DNA of 26,123 nt from Pseudomonadota bacterium (lineage in GTDB: Bacteria > Bdellovibrionota > FAC87 > UBA2466). Under the pieces are notes generated by a model. The model was not told the origin of the DNA and ran no database searches. It worked only from the letters and a program-made list of their open reading frames with translations. The stretch lies in NCBI GenBank assembly GCA_043718025.1, contig JAYSWN010000134.1, positions 1-26,123 of the forward strand. Reading direction: 5' to 3'. Each line of letters begins with the position of its first letter. Within the stretch, counting starts at the first letter, position 1. Shown here piece by piece: positions 14,151-22,466 of this stretch. Position numbers and translations under genes: made by a program.

Positions 14151-15778
14151 GCGAGGTCAAAAAAATTCAGCTCGAGATCAACGGCAAAAAGGTAGAGGTT
14201 GCCGCCGGAACTACGGTTTTTAACGCCGCGGTGGAGGCCGGGGTATTTATTCCGCACTATTGCTACCACCCCGATCTGTCGATCGCCGGCGTTTGCCGCA
14301 TGTGCATGGTTGAAATTGAAAAAATTCCACGCCCCCAGATCTCCTGCAACACCGTAGCTACCGAGGGCATGGTGGTGCGCACCGATACCGATAAAATCAA
14401 AGAGACGGTGAAATCGGTGCTCGAACTCCACCTTATCAATCACCCCCTAGACTGTCCGATTTGCGACAAAGCGGGCGAGTGTGGGTTGCAAAATTTTTAT
14501 TCAAGCTACGGTCTGTATAACAGCCGAATGGACTTCGAAAAGGTTCATAAGCCCAAGGTTCAAGACATTGGTACCATCATTCTAGATTCTGAACGGTGCA
14601 TTCTTTGCACTCGCTGCGTGCGTTTTACCGACGAGGTTACCAAGACTTCGGAGCTGGGCATTTTTCAACGCGGCGATCGTAGTACCTTGCAAGTGTACGA
14701 TGGCGGCGAGCTGCGCAACGATTACACCGGAAATCTGGCCGACATTTGCCCGGTGGGGGCTCTCACCGCCAAAGACTTTCGTTTTCAGCAGCGTGTTTGG
14801 TTATTAGACAAAACTGTTTCGGTCTGCGGAATGTGCGCGCGTGGCTGCAACACCAGTGTAAGTGTTAATTCAAAAACACAAAAGCTATACCGGGTCGAAC
14901 CTCGTCGTAACCCTGAAGTGAATGCCAGTTGGATTTGCGATGAGGGGCGCTGGGGCTACCACTACGTTTCATCGGCGGACCGGCTGAGCCTACCCAAAAA
15001 ATACTGGGACGGGGTGTGGCGCGATCACACGTGGATGGACTTTTTTAAAGAGATACAGGCGGAGATCAAAAAGTCACCCGCTGCTTGCCTCATCGGTTTA
15101 AGCACCCAAATGACCAATGAAGAGCTGTGGGATTTGGGGCAGACCCTGAAGAGTCTCGGCGTCACCGAGGTGGTCCGTTTGGCGAACGACGTGGCCGTAA
15201 AAGAAAAGACTCCTTTCGATGGCATTTTAAAACACAACGATGTCACCCCAAATGCGCAGGGTTTTGAACAGGTGATGAAGTGGTTGGGCCTTAACTGGAT
15301 CACTCTTGAAGCCGCCACGGCGGCGATGCCGCGGCAATCGCCCGAATGGGTAATGTGTTTCGGATTAGAAGGCGACGAAAAGCGGCTTGAGTTTCTGGCG
15401 CCGCTCACGTCGGCAGTGCCTCGGTCGAGCAAACTCGTATTGCACGCCACGAATCCGTTGACGGTGATGTCACGGGCGACGTGGGTAGTGCCGAACGTCA
15501 CTTTTTTCGAAAAAAATGGCACCTTCACGAACGCCTTGAATCGTCTGCAGCGAGTGAAGGCGGCGTTAACCTGGCAGGGAATGAGCCGGGATGGTCATGC
15601 CGTGGCGTTGGGTTTGCGCCGCGGCGACGATCGCGAAGCGCCAAATCCACGGGCCGGAGAAGGGCACTTTCAAAAAGTGGTAGCTCCCCAGACCAAAAAT
15701 GGTGACGTGTCGTTTAAAAAATTTCCCGCTCTGGGCGAGAAATTGGGCGAAAAGGAGGCTAGTCATGTCCACCCATAA
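14147..15778 (+). CDS. nuoG: NADH-quinone oxidoreductase subunit G (short form, 543 aa)
   Basis: IPHYCYH...CRMC, HPLDCPICDKAGECGLQ, CILCTRCVR, DICPVGAL and CGMCARGC...WICDEGR. ATG 14147 overlaps the nuoF stop. Confidence 0.95.
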   Translation: MSEVKKIQLEINGKKVEVAAGTTVFNAAVEAGVFIPHYCYHPDLSIAGVCRMCMVEIEKIPRPQISCNTVATEGMVVRTDTDKIKETVKSVLELHLINHPLDCPICDKAGECGLQNFYSSYGLYNSRMDFEKVHKPKVQDIGTIILDSERCILCTRCVRFTDEVTKTSELGIFQRGDRSTLQVYDGGELRNDYTGNLADICPVGALTAKDFRFQQRVWLLDKTVSVCGMCARGCNTSVSVNSKTQKLYRVEPRRNPEVNASWICDEGRWGYHYVSSADRLSLPKKYWDGVWRDHTWMDFFKEIQAEIKKSPAACLIGLSTQMTNEELWDLGQTLKSLGVTEVVRLANDVAVKEKTPFDGILKHNDVTPNAQGFEQVMKWLGLNWITLEAATAAMPRQSPEWVMCFGLEGDEKRLEFLAPLTSAVPRSSKLVLHATNPLTVMSRATWVVPNVTFFEKNGTFTNALNRLQRVKAALTWQGMSRDGHAVALGLRRGDDREAPNPRAGEGHFQKVVAPQTKNGDVSFKKFPALGEKLGEKEASHVHP

Positions 15779-16301
15779 CGAGATCGTTAGGCGCCCGAAA
15801 TATAAGCTTCCGATTAACCAGCGCGTCTATTTTATCGCCATTCTCAAGGGGATGATGATCACCGGCCGCCACCTGATTAGGAATCTGCTTAACTTTAAGG
15901 GCATGCCTACAATTTATTATCCGGAGCAGAAACGCAATTACTCGCCCCGATTTCGCGGCTTACAAATTTTGACTTTAAAAAACAACGGCGACATCCGCTG
16001 TACGGCTTGTATGCTTTGCGCCACGGCCTGTCCCGCCGATTGCATTCACATTACCGCCGGAGAGCATCCCGATCCAAAGGTGGAAAAATTTCCGACCGAG
16101 TTTAATATCGATATGCTTCGCTGCGTTTTTTGCGGCATGTGCGAAGAGGCCTGCCCCGTCGACGCCATTCGCATGGGTCCCAATTACGAATTGGCCAGCT
16201 TTGACCGCAGTGATTTTATTTTTACAAAAGAAGATCTGGTTCGTTTGGGAAATAATACTCAGAGCCGGGTGCAAGATCCGGTTACGTTGCCTCAGGTTTG
16301 A
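15765..16301 (+). CDS. nuoI: NADH-quinone oxidoreductase subunit I (178 aa)
   Basis: YPEQK...RFRG, CTACMLCATACP and CVFCGMCEEACP. SD AGGAGG (15753-15758) precedes ATG 15765. Confidence 0.96.
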   Translation: MSTHNEIVRRPKYKLPINQRVYFIAILKGMMITGRHLIRNLLNFKGMPTIYYPEQKRNYSPRFRGLQILTLKNNGDIRCTACMLCATACPADCIHITAGEHPDPKVEKFPTEFNIDMLRCVFCGMCEEACPVDAIRMGPNYELASFDRSDFIFTKEDLVRLGNNTQSRVQDPVTLPQV

Positions 16302-16329
16302 TCCCCTTCTTTGGGAAGGCGTCGTTACC

Positions 16330-16338
16330 TGATAAGAT
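16330..16338 (+). promoter_or_regulatory. Extended -10 promoter element (probable leaderless transcript)
   Basis: TGATAAGAT lies 6 nt before ATG 16345, with TTGGGA at 16311-16316 and no SD. Confidence 0.55.
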
Positions 16339-16344
16339 GTAGCG

Positions 16345-18156
16345 ATGTGCGTAACAAAAAGGAAGGGCGACGAGACAACCCACGAAGGGTTCGAGAGCTG
16401 GGTAATTTTTGTTGCCTATCTATTCCTTTTTGTTTCCTTGCCGCTTATCGCCGACACTTTTAAGAATCCCGCCTCAACTTTCAACATGTACATGAACGAC
16501 ACCCCGGTCTGCGGAAATCTATTCCGCGGCATCTACCGGGTGGCGAATCCTGAAAAGTTGGGAATTAGCCCGCAAGCAGATAATCAGAATTTTATTGATT
16601 TGGTGGCCAAACCGGAGGGACGAAGCAAAGTCTATTTGCATGTCACCTTAAAAGTTTTGAAGCCATTGAACGATCGGGTTTTTGCCGACGAGGGGCAAAA
16701 TGGTAAAGAAGACGTAAACAGCGTGCGAAATATCTACCGCATTCTGCTTATCGAAAATCTGCAGGCTCATCCCGAATTGAGTAAAGCCCTGGTCGGGATT
16801 GGTGACCCCGAGCCGCAGAGTCGTTTTCTTGATTTTAAAACCGCCGAGTTTGCTTTTGATCCCGCCCTCTTTACCGGGGGCGAAGCGTTGATGATGCGTC
16901 AGCTGGACGGTGTTTTGGTAAAAACCGGTCTCCAATTTGAAGCGGTGGTGATGAAAGTTTACGGCCCCCATTCGGATCTCATTGCTAACATGGCGAAGGA
17001 ACATGGCCTAGTGAGCGACCTAAATGCTTGGCACTTGGCCGGCGTGGCTAAGGGCCACCCCGATGCGGCGGCCTTCGCGGCCAGGCGGAAGGCGAGCCAC
17101 TACAACCCTGAAAAGGTTAATAGTATGAACGTGGAGCGTTTCAGCGAAACCGATGCCACTGAGCTTGTTGCCCGCATCGAGAGCGACCTTCGCCCGAAGC
17201 TGCTCGCCTCTATCGGCCAGGACTCGCCGGTATTCGCAAAAGATTTTTCGGGGCAGCACGTGATTATGTCGAAGGATAGCATCGACGTGCTTCGTAAAGT
17301 CGATGCCGTGGGTAAAGAAGATTACATTAAAAAGGTGCAGGCCGAATTTAATGCAAAGTTGAAGGTCCAATTGACTAGGGAGCAAGTGCTTGGCTTGAGA
17401 GACTACTACGCTCTGGTAGATACTTTTAGCCCCTCGATTCGGGCGGCCGAACGCACTCAGATCGATTTGACCAAGGCTAAACAAGGGAAAATCAGCGTCG
17501 ATTTCGCCGGACAGAACGTCGAAAACATTTTTCAAACCATGTCGGCGGTCGCCGAAGCTCATGCGGCGAGTTCGGGATCATCGGGACGGCGGGCGATTGA
17601 GCTGAGTCGTGTAGCCGAAGGGAGAGCCACCAAACGATTGGCGGAACTTAAAGAATACTTTGCGGCGGCGGCGAAATTGGCCGGCATTACTGGAAAAGTG
17701 GAGTTTTCTGGCGACGATGGCGAATTGATTCTTGAAAAACCTCTGAGCGACGAACAGTGGACGGCCCTCCACCGAGCTCTCGAACGCGGAGTGCACGATG
17801 AAAAAGGAATGCTCGTTAAAAAATTGGTTTCCGAATTTCGTATTGTGCACACTCCCCCCATTTTTAATAAATCTGCGGGAATCGACCCGGGAGAGATGTC
17901 GCGCGAGACCGTAAAAGGTGAAGATTTTGAAAAGAGGATACGCCGCGAACTTTATGAGACAATGGATGGGTCGCGCGTAAAGAGCTTGGGGCTTGCCAGC
18001 CGTTTGAACCCTACATCCCATACGTTTGAGCTTACCCTCGTCGGTGGTTGGACGGCCGCCGAAACAGAAGCGGTGCGTCAGTTGGCCGCGGAGAAAGGGT
18101 TCTCTCCCCTGGGGTACCGATTAGGCCGAATTAACTCGGTGCGGCAGTCGCCTTGA
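16345..18156 (+). CDS. Hypothetical protein with N-terminal signal/TM segment and possible tandem GGDEF/palm-like domains (603 aa)
   Basis: Long ORF with hydrophobic WVIFVAYLFLFVSLPLIA|D. Motifs LKPLND (aa 105-110), ISVDFAGQN (D386) and FSGDDG (S455). The domain call is inference. Confidence 0.75.
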   Translation: MCVTKRKGDETTHEGFESWVIFVAYLFLFVSLPLIADTFKNPASTFNMYMNDTPVCGNLFRGIYRVANPEKLGISPQADNQNFIDLVAKPEGRSKVYLHVTLKVLKPLNDRVFADEGQNGKEDVNSVRNIYRILLIENLQAHPELSKALVGIGDPEPQSRFLDFKTAEFAFDPALFTGGEALMMRQLDGVLVKTGLQFEAVVMKVYGPHSDLIANMAKEHGLVSDLNAWHLAGVAKGHPDAAAFAARRKASHYNPEKVNSMNVERFSETDATELVARIESDLRPKLLASIGQDSPVFAKDFSGQHVIMSKDSIDVLRKVDAVGKEDYIKKVQAEFNAKLKVQLTREQVLGLRDYYALVDTFSPSIRAAERTQIDLTKAKQGKISVDFAGQNVENIFQTMSAVAEAHAASSGSSGRRAIELSRVAEGRATKRLAELKEYFAAAAKLAGITGKVEFSGDDGELILEKPLSDEQWTALHRALERGVHDEKGMLVKKLVSEFRIVHTPPIFNKSAGIDPGEMSRETVKGEDFEKRIRRELYETMDGSRVKSLGLASRLNPTSHTFELTLVGGWTAAETEAVRQLAAEKGFSPLGYRLGRINSVRQSP

Positions 18157-18190
18157 TGCGCGCGGTTCTTAGTGGTGACAACAGATTCTG

Positions 18191-18219
18191 TTGTAGCCCA
18201 TTGAAATAATTACTATAAT
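18191..18219 (+). promoter_or_regulatory. sigma70-type promoter of ihfA
   Basis: TTGTAG-N17-TATAAT, followed by a GGGGG-CATT-CCCCC hairpin (18232-18245) and SD AAGGAG (18257-18262). Confidence 0.7.
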
Positions 18220-18267
18220 AAAAGAACTCACGGGGGCATTCCCCCTACTTAGCCCGAAGGAGATCAC

Positions 18268-18621
18268 ATGACACTCACCAAAGCCGAACTCATCGACTCA
18301 GTGTACGAGAAGGTGGGTTTTTCTAAAAAAGAGGCTTCCGACCTGGTGGAGCTGGTTTTTGAGAGCATGAAAGAAGAGCTCTGCAAGGGCGGCAACATAA
18401 AGATTTCGGGTTTCGGAAAATTCCGAGTCCGCGCCAAAAAAGCGCGCATGGGCCGCAACCCCCAAACCGGCGACGCCATGATGATTTCGGCGCGCAAAGT
18501 TTTAACCTTTACCCCGAGCCGCATCCTTCGCGACGGCATTAATGGCAAGGCCACCACCTTGCCTAGTCAGCAAGGCGTCGAAGAAGATGACGACGACGAT
18601 GCTGACGAACAAGAAGCTTGA
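18268..18621 (+). CDS. ihfA: Integration host factor subunit alpha with an acidic C-terminal tail
   Basis: MTLTKAEL...KISGFGKFRVRAKKARMGRNPQTG...ISARKVLTFTPS. Confidence 0.93.
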   Translation: MTLTKAELIDSVYEKVGFSKKEASDLVELVFESMKEELCKGGNIKISGFGKFRVRAKKARMGRNPQTGDAMMISARKVLTFTPSRILRDGINGKATTLPSQQGVEEDDDDDADEQEA

Positions 18622-20201
18622 GACTCAACTTGAGTCATCTCGCCTTTGTTTCGTTGTTAATTTTTAGCGCGACAATTTCGCACGGAGCTTTAGGCCCCAC
18701 CGGAAACGGGGGGCCTTTTTCTTTTTCTGCAGATAAGGCCTCATCAGGGCTTAACCTGTTTTTTAGTGCCGACCAGGCCGAACGCGAGTTCCGCCCGCAC
18801 GCCGCTGCAGGCTTGCGCAATCAGCTCATCCTCCAATGTGAAAACGATGCATTAAGTGGGGGCAAGGCGCAAACGTCTTTTCTCTGCGCGCTGGCTCGTC
18901 GCGAAGCTCACGAGCGTTCTTTTTTTGTAGCCCTACCCTTGAGTGGCTGGCTCTTTCCGCAACCAAGTTTACCGTGGCCCAACTTAAGCGAACTCACTTT
19001 TTCGGAACGAATTGCGTGGGAGGCGAGGGCATTCTTATCTGGTTCACTTCGCGGCGACCAAAATATTGGAAAGGGCTTCTTAGCGATTGAGAGTTTGAAC
19101 CGTTTGTTTCCTTCCTTCACCAATGGCCGGTGGTGGAAATATGAGGCAGCAATGTCTACTCGTGAGCGGACACGGTTAGCCAGTGCCGTGGCCAGTCTCA
19201 ACACCCTTGGGGTGAGTGAGCACGAGGCCTCCCGGCAAGCGCGAGCTCGGTTGGACGGGTTGACCTTTGGCGTGGCTCCGCAGATTGGCTACCGATCTTT
19301 TTCGGGTTTTTTCGCCGGCGTTCGGGTGTGGGATGATCGCCTTAGCGACGAGGATCGCAGCGTAGCATTGATGGCCACGGCATTTTCAAACTCAACGCTA
19401 CTGGGGAACGCGCGCTATTGCGATCGGGTTGTCGTAGCTCCCCTTTTTATCGAGTCCGAGTTTGGCGGGGGGTGGGATCGCCGCCGTTTTCTCAATTCAC
19501 AGAGCGATGACGTCACGTATTTTAGGCAAAGCTTGGCCAGCGTCAGGCTGGGCATCGGCTATGAAATGGCCCCGTTTCTCACCGCCCGCACTGGCGTTCG
19601 GGTAAGTGCCAAAGGTGACGAGCGACCAGACGGCGGCACGGGATTGGTAGCGCAATCGGGTTACGGCACCCTCGGCCCCGACTTGAGTCTGGTTTGGGAT
19701 CTTCGCGATAGCGCCGTGATACCTCGGCACGGTTTATACGTCGGGGTGGTGGCGGGCCGTTCTTATCTAGATGGCACTTCGTCCTATTGGGATTTAAGGG
19801 GCCGTATCGAGGCCTACTCGAGTTTGTCGCGCCGGGTGTCGTGGAACACCATTCTTGCGGCATCGGTTTTTGTAGGCAATTCGCGGCGGGATCTTTTACC
19901 GGTATGGGGCGAACAAAATTTATGGCTGCCGGGGGTGGCCCACGAACGTTACCGGGCGCAACGGGGCTTGGGCGCGTCGACGGAAATCCAAAGCGAGTTG
20001 GCCGAAGGGATTCGCGGTTTAGTCTTTGCCACGGCAATTGCCTTAGGCGATCCGCAGGTAAGGCAAGATGCCTTTTTGTGGGGCGGCGGCGTGGGCGCAG
20101 AGGTCTCTTTTACCAGAAAAACACGGCCCACCTTTCGCTTTGAACTGGGGTGGCTGTCTCAGGAGCTGAGCATTCGCACCGAATGGAAAGTCGCGATTTA
20201 G
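18618..20201 (+). CDS. Omp85/BamA-TamA superfamily-like outer-membrane beta-barrel protein with helical N-terminal domain
   Basis: Signal peptide; amphipathic strands from about aa 215; WDLRDSAVIPRHG (D-x-R-D...P-x-x-G), LPGV...RYR, WGGGVGAEV and FRFELGW. TTG start overlaps the ihfA stop. Confidence 0.7.
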   Translation: MRLNLSHLAFVSLLIFSATISHGALGPTGNGGPFSFSADKASSGLNLFFSADQAEREFRPHAAAGLRNQLILQCENDALSGGKAQTSFLCALARREAHERSFFVALPLSGWLFPQPSLPWPNLSELTFSERIAWEARAFLSGSLRGDQNIGKGFLAIESLNRLFPSFTNGRWWKYEAAMSTRERTRLASAVASLNTLGVSEHEASRQARARLDGLTFGVAPQIGYRSFSGFFAGVRVWDDRLSDEDRSVALMATAFSNSTLLGNARYCDRVVVAPLFIESEFGGGWDRRRFLNSQSDDVTYFRQSLASVRLGIGYEMAPFLTARTGVRVSAKGDERPDGGTGLVAQSGYGTLGPDLSLVWDLRDSAVIPRHGLYVGVVAGRSYLDGTSSYWDLRGRIEAYSSLSRRVSWNTILAASVFVGNSRRDLLPVWGEQNLWLPGVAHERYRAQRGLGASTEIQSELAEGIRGLVFATAIALGDPQVRQDAFLWGGGVGAEVSFTRKTRPTFRFELGWLSQELSIRTEWKVAI

Positions 20202-20211
20202 TATTTTATAC

Positions 20212-21315
20212 TCAGGCCTTGGTCGTGAAAAAATCTCGTAGCTTATCTTCTTGTGCCTCGGCGTCGCGTTGGCCGAGCGCCAACACTTCGCGCACGTAGT
20301 TAGGGCTAAACATGAGATAGCTAATAAGGTCCCCCAACTGATCGCGGCTCGCGGTAGATTTTAGTAGCTGTCGCAAATGAAAAGGAATGTCATCTAAGAA
20401 GCCCTTGGCCAACTCGCCTAGGTCTTGACTAGGGCGTAGTAGCAAAGCGGGAATGTTTCTCACCATATCAGTGTCACCGAGCAAATTTAGTCTTTGCAGA
20501 TTTTCGAAGTCCACCTCAAGGCTATCCTGAAACAATGAGTTCAATACCGAGCCGGCCAGGTAACCCATATTTCCTGACGCCAAATCGATAAAGTCATCTT
20601 TAGTTTTAGCGGGATGGGGGCAGCGCGTTCCCACCGCCAGAATCTGATTAGCTCCCATGTGTATGGCGGGGCTAAGCGGAAAACTAAATCTCAGCGACCC
20701 ATCGCCGTAGAGCTCGCCGCCAATCACCACGGGTTCAAACAAAATCGGAATCGAGCAACTGCCCATGACGTGCTTAACCCGAATCGCCGTGCGCTTGGCA
20801 ATTCGTTGCTCACGTTGCCATTCGGCTAGGGGGTCCGCCGAGTCAAAAAAAACCGTAGTCTTGCCTTCTCGGTATGCCGTGGCGGTTACCGACAGGCCCA
20901 AAATCGTCCCGCTGCGTAGGGCACGAGAAATTCGTGAGAAGTGAATATGGTTTACCAACGTCATTGCCAGCGGCGAGGCATCGAGAAGCGAGCGGAGCAA
21001 CAGTTTGCGAGTGAAACGAGAAAGCATTAAATCGGAGCCCCAGCGAAGAAACATGCGGAACAAGGTTCTAAACTGGGTTTTCAGAACATGATCGAAAGTC
21101 AAATGAGACCAGAGCGCGTAGAGATCTTCGGTAGATCGCGCGAAGGGAAGGCCTTGCGCCAGAAAGCACGCATTGATTGAGCCCGCCGAGACGCCGCAAA
21201 AAATATTTGGTTGGTAGCTAGGAAAGCGCTTGGCGATGTAGCTAAGCACACCCACTTGGTAGGCGGCCCTTGCTCCGCCCGCTGGTAAAACGATGGCCGG
21301 CCCTCGGTGAGTCAT
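20212..21315 (-). CDS. Patatin-like phospholipase
   Basis: Oxyanion loop AGGARAAYQVG, nucleophile GVSAG, catalytic DGS; no signal peptide. Confidence 0.93.
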   Translation of the reverse strand: MTHRGPAIVLPAGGARAAYQVGVLSYIAKRFPSYQPNIFCGVSAGSINACFLAQGLPFARSTEDLYALWSHLTFDHVLKTQFRTLFRMFLRWGSDLMLSRFTRKLLLRSLLDASPLAMTLVNHIHFSRISRALRSGTILGLSVTATAYREGKTTVFFDSADPLAEWQREQRIAKRTAIRVKHVMGSCSIPILFEPVVIGGELYGDGSLRFSFPLSPAIHMGANQILAVGTRCPHPAKTKDDFIDLASGNMGYLAGSVLNSLFQDSLEVDFENLQRLNLLGDTDMVRNIPALLLRPSQDLGELAKGFLDDIPFHLRQLLKSTASRDQLGDLISYLMFSPNYVREVLALGQRDAEAQEDKLRDFFTTKA

Positions 21316-21321
21316 GCGGCA

Positions 21322-21330
21322 ATCATACCA
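21322..21330 (-). promoter_or_regulatory. Extended -10 promoter element (probable leaderless transcript)
   Basis: Minus strand reads TGGTATGAT-TGCCGC-ATG, with no SD. Confidence 0.55.
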
Positions 21331-21334
21331 TTTT

Positions 21335-21745
21335 TTAATGGGGTAGTCGGATCAGCACTTCGTCGAAGTCTACTTTTTTACGATTCGCCGCTCGCGCGGT
21401 TACCACGGCGGATTGCGGCGGGAGATCTAGGGTAAGCTCGCCGCTATCAACGTCGAAACTTCCGCGCCGAAGCACGTAGGCCAACGCCAATTGCTTGGGA
21501 AATCGTACGATCGATTTTGAAAAAGACTCGGTCAGTTCAAATTCAAATTCGAAGAAATCCACCCCTTTTTTCGCTACGGAAACTCGCGAGAATCGATCCG
21601 CGATGGCGGGCTCAAGCGCTAGACTTAACGGTTTCGTTAGCGGCTTCGAACGATACTCACGCAGCGAAATACCAACGGCAATGGCCAGAGCTACTCCCCC
21701 CCACAGGGTGAGGTAGAGTTTCTTTTCGGCGGGGGTCAATTTCAT
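21335..21745 (-). CDS. Hypothetical membrane-anchored protein (136 aa)
   Basis: One N-terminal TM (LYLTLWGGVALAIAVGISL); starts 7 nt downstream of the methyltransferase gene on the same strand. Confidence 0.75.
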   Translation of the reverse strand: MKLTPAEKKLYLTLWGGVALAIAVGISLREYRSKPLTKPLSLALEPAIADRFSRVSVAKKGVDFFEFEFELTESFSKSIVRFPKQLALAYVLRRGSFDVDSGELTLDLPPQSAVVTARAANRKKVDFDEVLIRLPH

Positions 21746-21752
21746 TTGAAAA

Positions 21753-22466
21753 TCATCTCCGCCGGGCCATTTTAGGGGAGGGGCCCAGCACTAAGATAAA
21801 CTCGCCCTTTTCCAATCCATATTGCGCGATTTGCCTTTTCCAGTCTTTAAGCAAGAACCAGAGAAGGCGTTCGCTTTCGCCCGCCAATTGCCAAGCAAGA
21901 AACAGCTCGCGTTCGCCGCCGACTTTTTCGTGCAGTTCTTGCAATATTTTCAGGAAGCGGTACGGAGTCTCGAGTAAAACGATTGGCTCACCCTTGTTTT
22001 TTAGGGCAGAGAAAAAATGATCTCGTTCAACCTTATCGCGCGGAGGGAAGCCCCATACCGAAAAGGGCGGTTGGTATCCGCTTAGGGCGATGGCCGATCC
22101 CCACGAGGTGGCGGCGGGCTGCGATCGAATCTCAATATTCTTTTTCCGGGCCCAATCCAGAATTTCACCGCCCGGATCAAAACTGATTGGCATTCCGGTG
22201 TCCGAAAAGAGCGCAATGTCTTTTCCCAGAGCTGCCGCGGTTTCCAGCCCCTCGAAGATAGCCGCGCGTTGGTGGGGATGCGGCGGATCTAAAAAATAGA
22301 CCTCTTTACCAATTTCGTTTGCCAAGTCTTTAAGCAAAAAGAGCGTGCGCCCGCGCGATTCGCCCACAATTACAGAAATCGACTTCAACTTTTCTCGGGC
22401 GGCGGGTGCCAGCGGTTCGGCGTCGCTAAGCGGGGTACCTATTATCCAAAGTTTTGAGCGCATCAT
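21753..22466 (-). CDS. rsmI: RsmI-like SAM-dependent (tetrapyrrole methylase family) methyltransferase
   Basis: LWIIGTPL, ALFSDTGMP...DPG, GFPP and LETPYR motifs. ATG 22466 overlaps the lptD stop; ATG 22463 is an alternative. Divergent, so exact orthology is uncertain. Confidence 0.75.
   Translation of the reverse strand: MMRSKLWIIGTPLSDAEPLAPAAREKLKSISVIVGESRGRTLFLLKDLANEIGKEVYFLDPPHPHQRAAIFEGLETAAALGKDIALFSDTGMPISFDPGGEILDWARKKNIEIRSQPAATSWGSAIALSGYQPPFSVWGFPPRDKVERDHFFSALKNKGEPIVLLETPYRFLKILQELHEKVGGERELFLAWQLAGESERLLWFLLKDWKRQIAQYGLEKGEFILVLGPSPKMARRR

Noticed and set aside
12211..15764. N-terminal extensions of nuoE, nuoG and nuoI given by the ORF track
   Set aside because: They overlap upstream genes; downstream ATGs at 12319, 14147 and 15765 have stop/start coupling or an SD.
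18618..21315. Patatin plus Omp85 barrel as a split PlpD-like (type Vd) secretion system
   Set aside because: The genes are convergent, and the patatin has no signal peptide and appears to have its own promoter.
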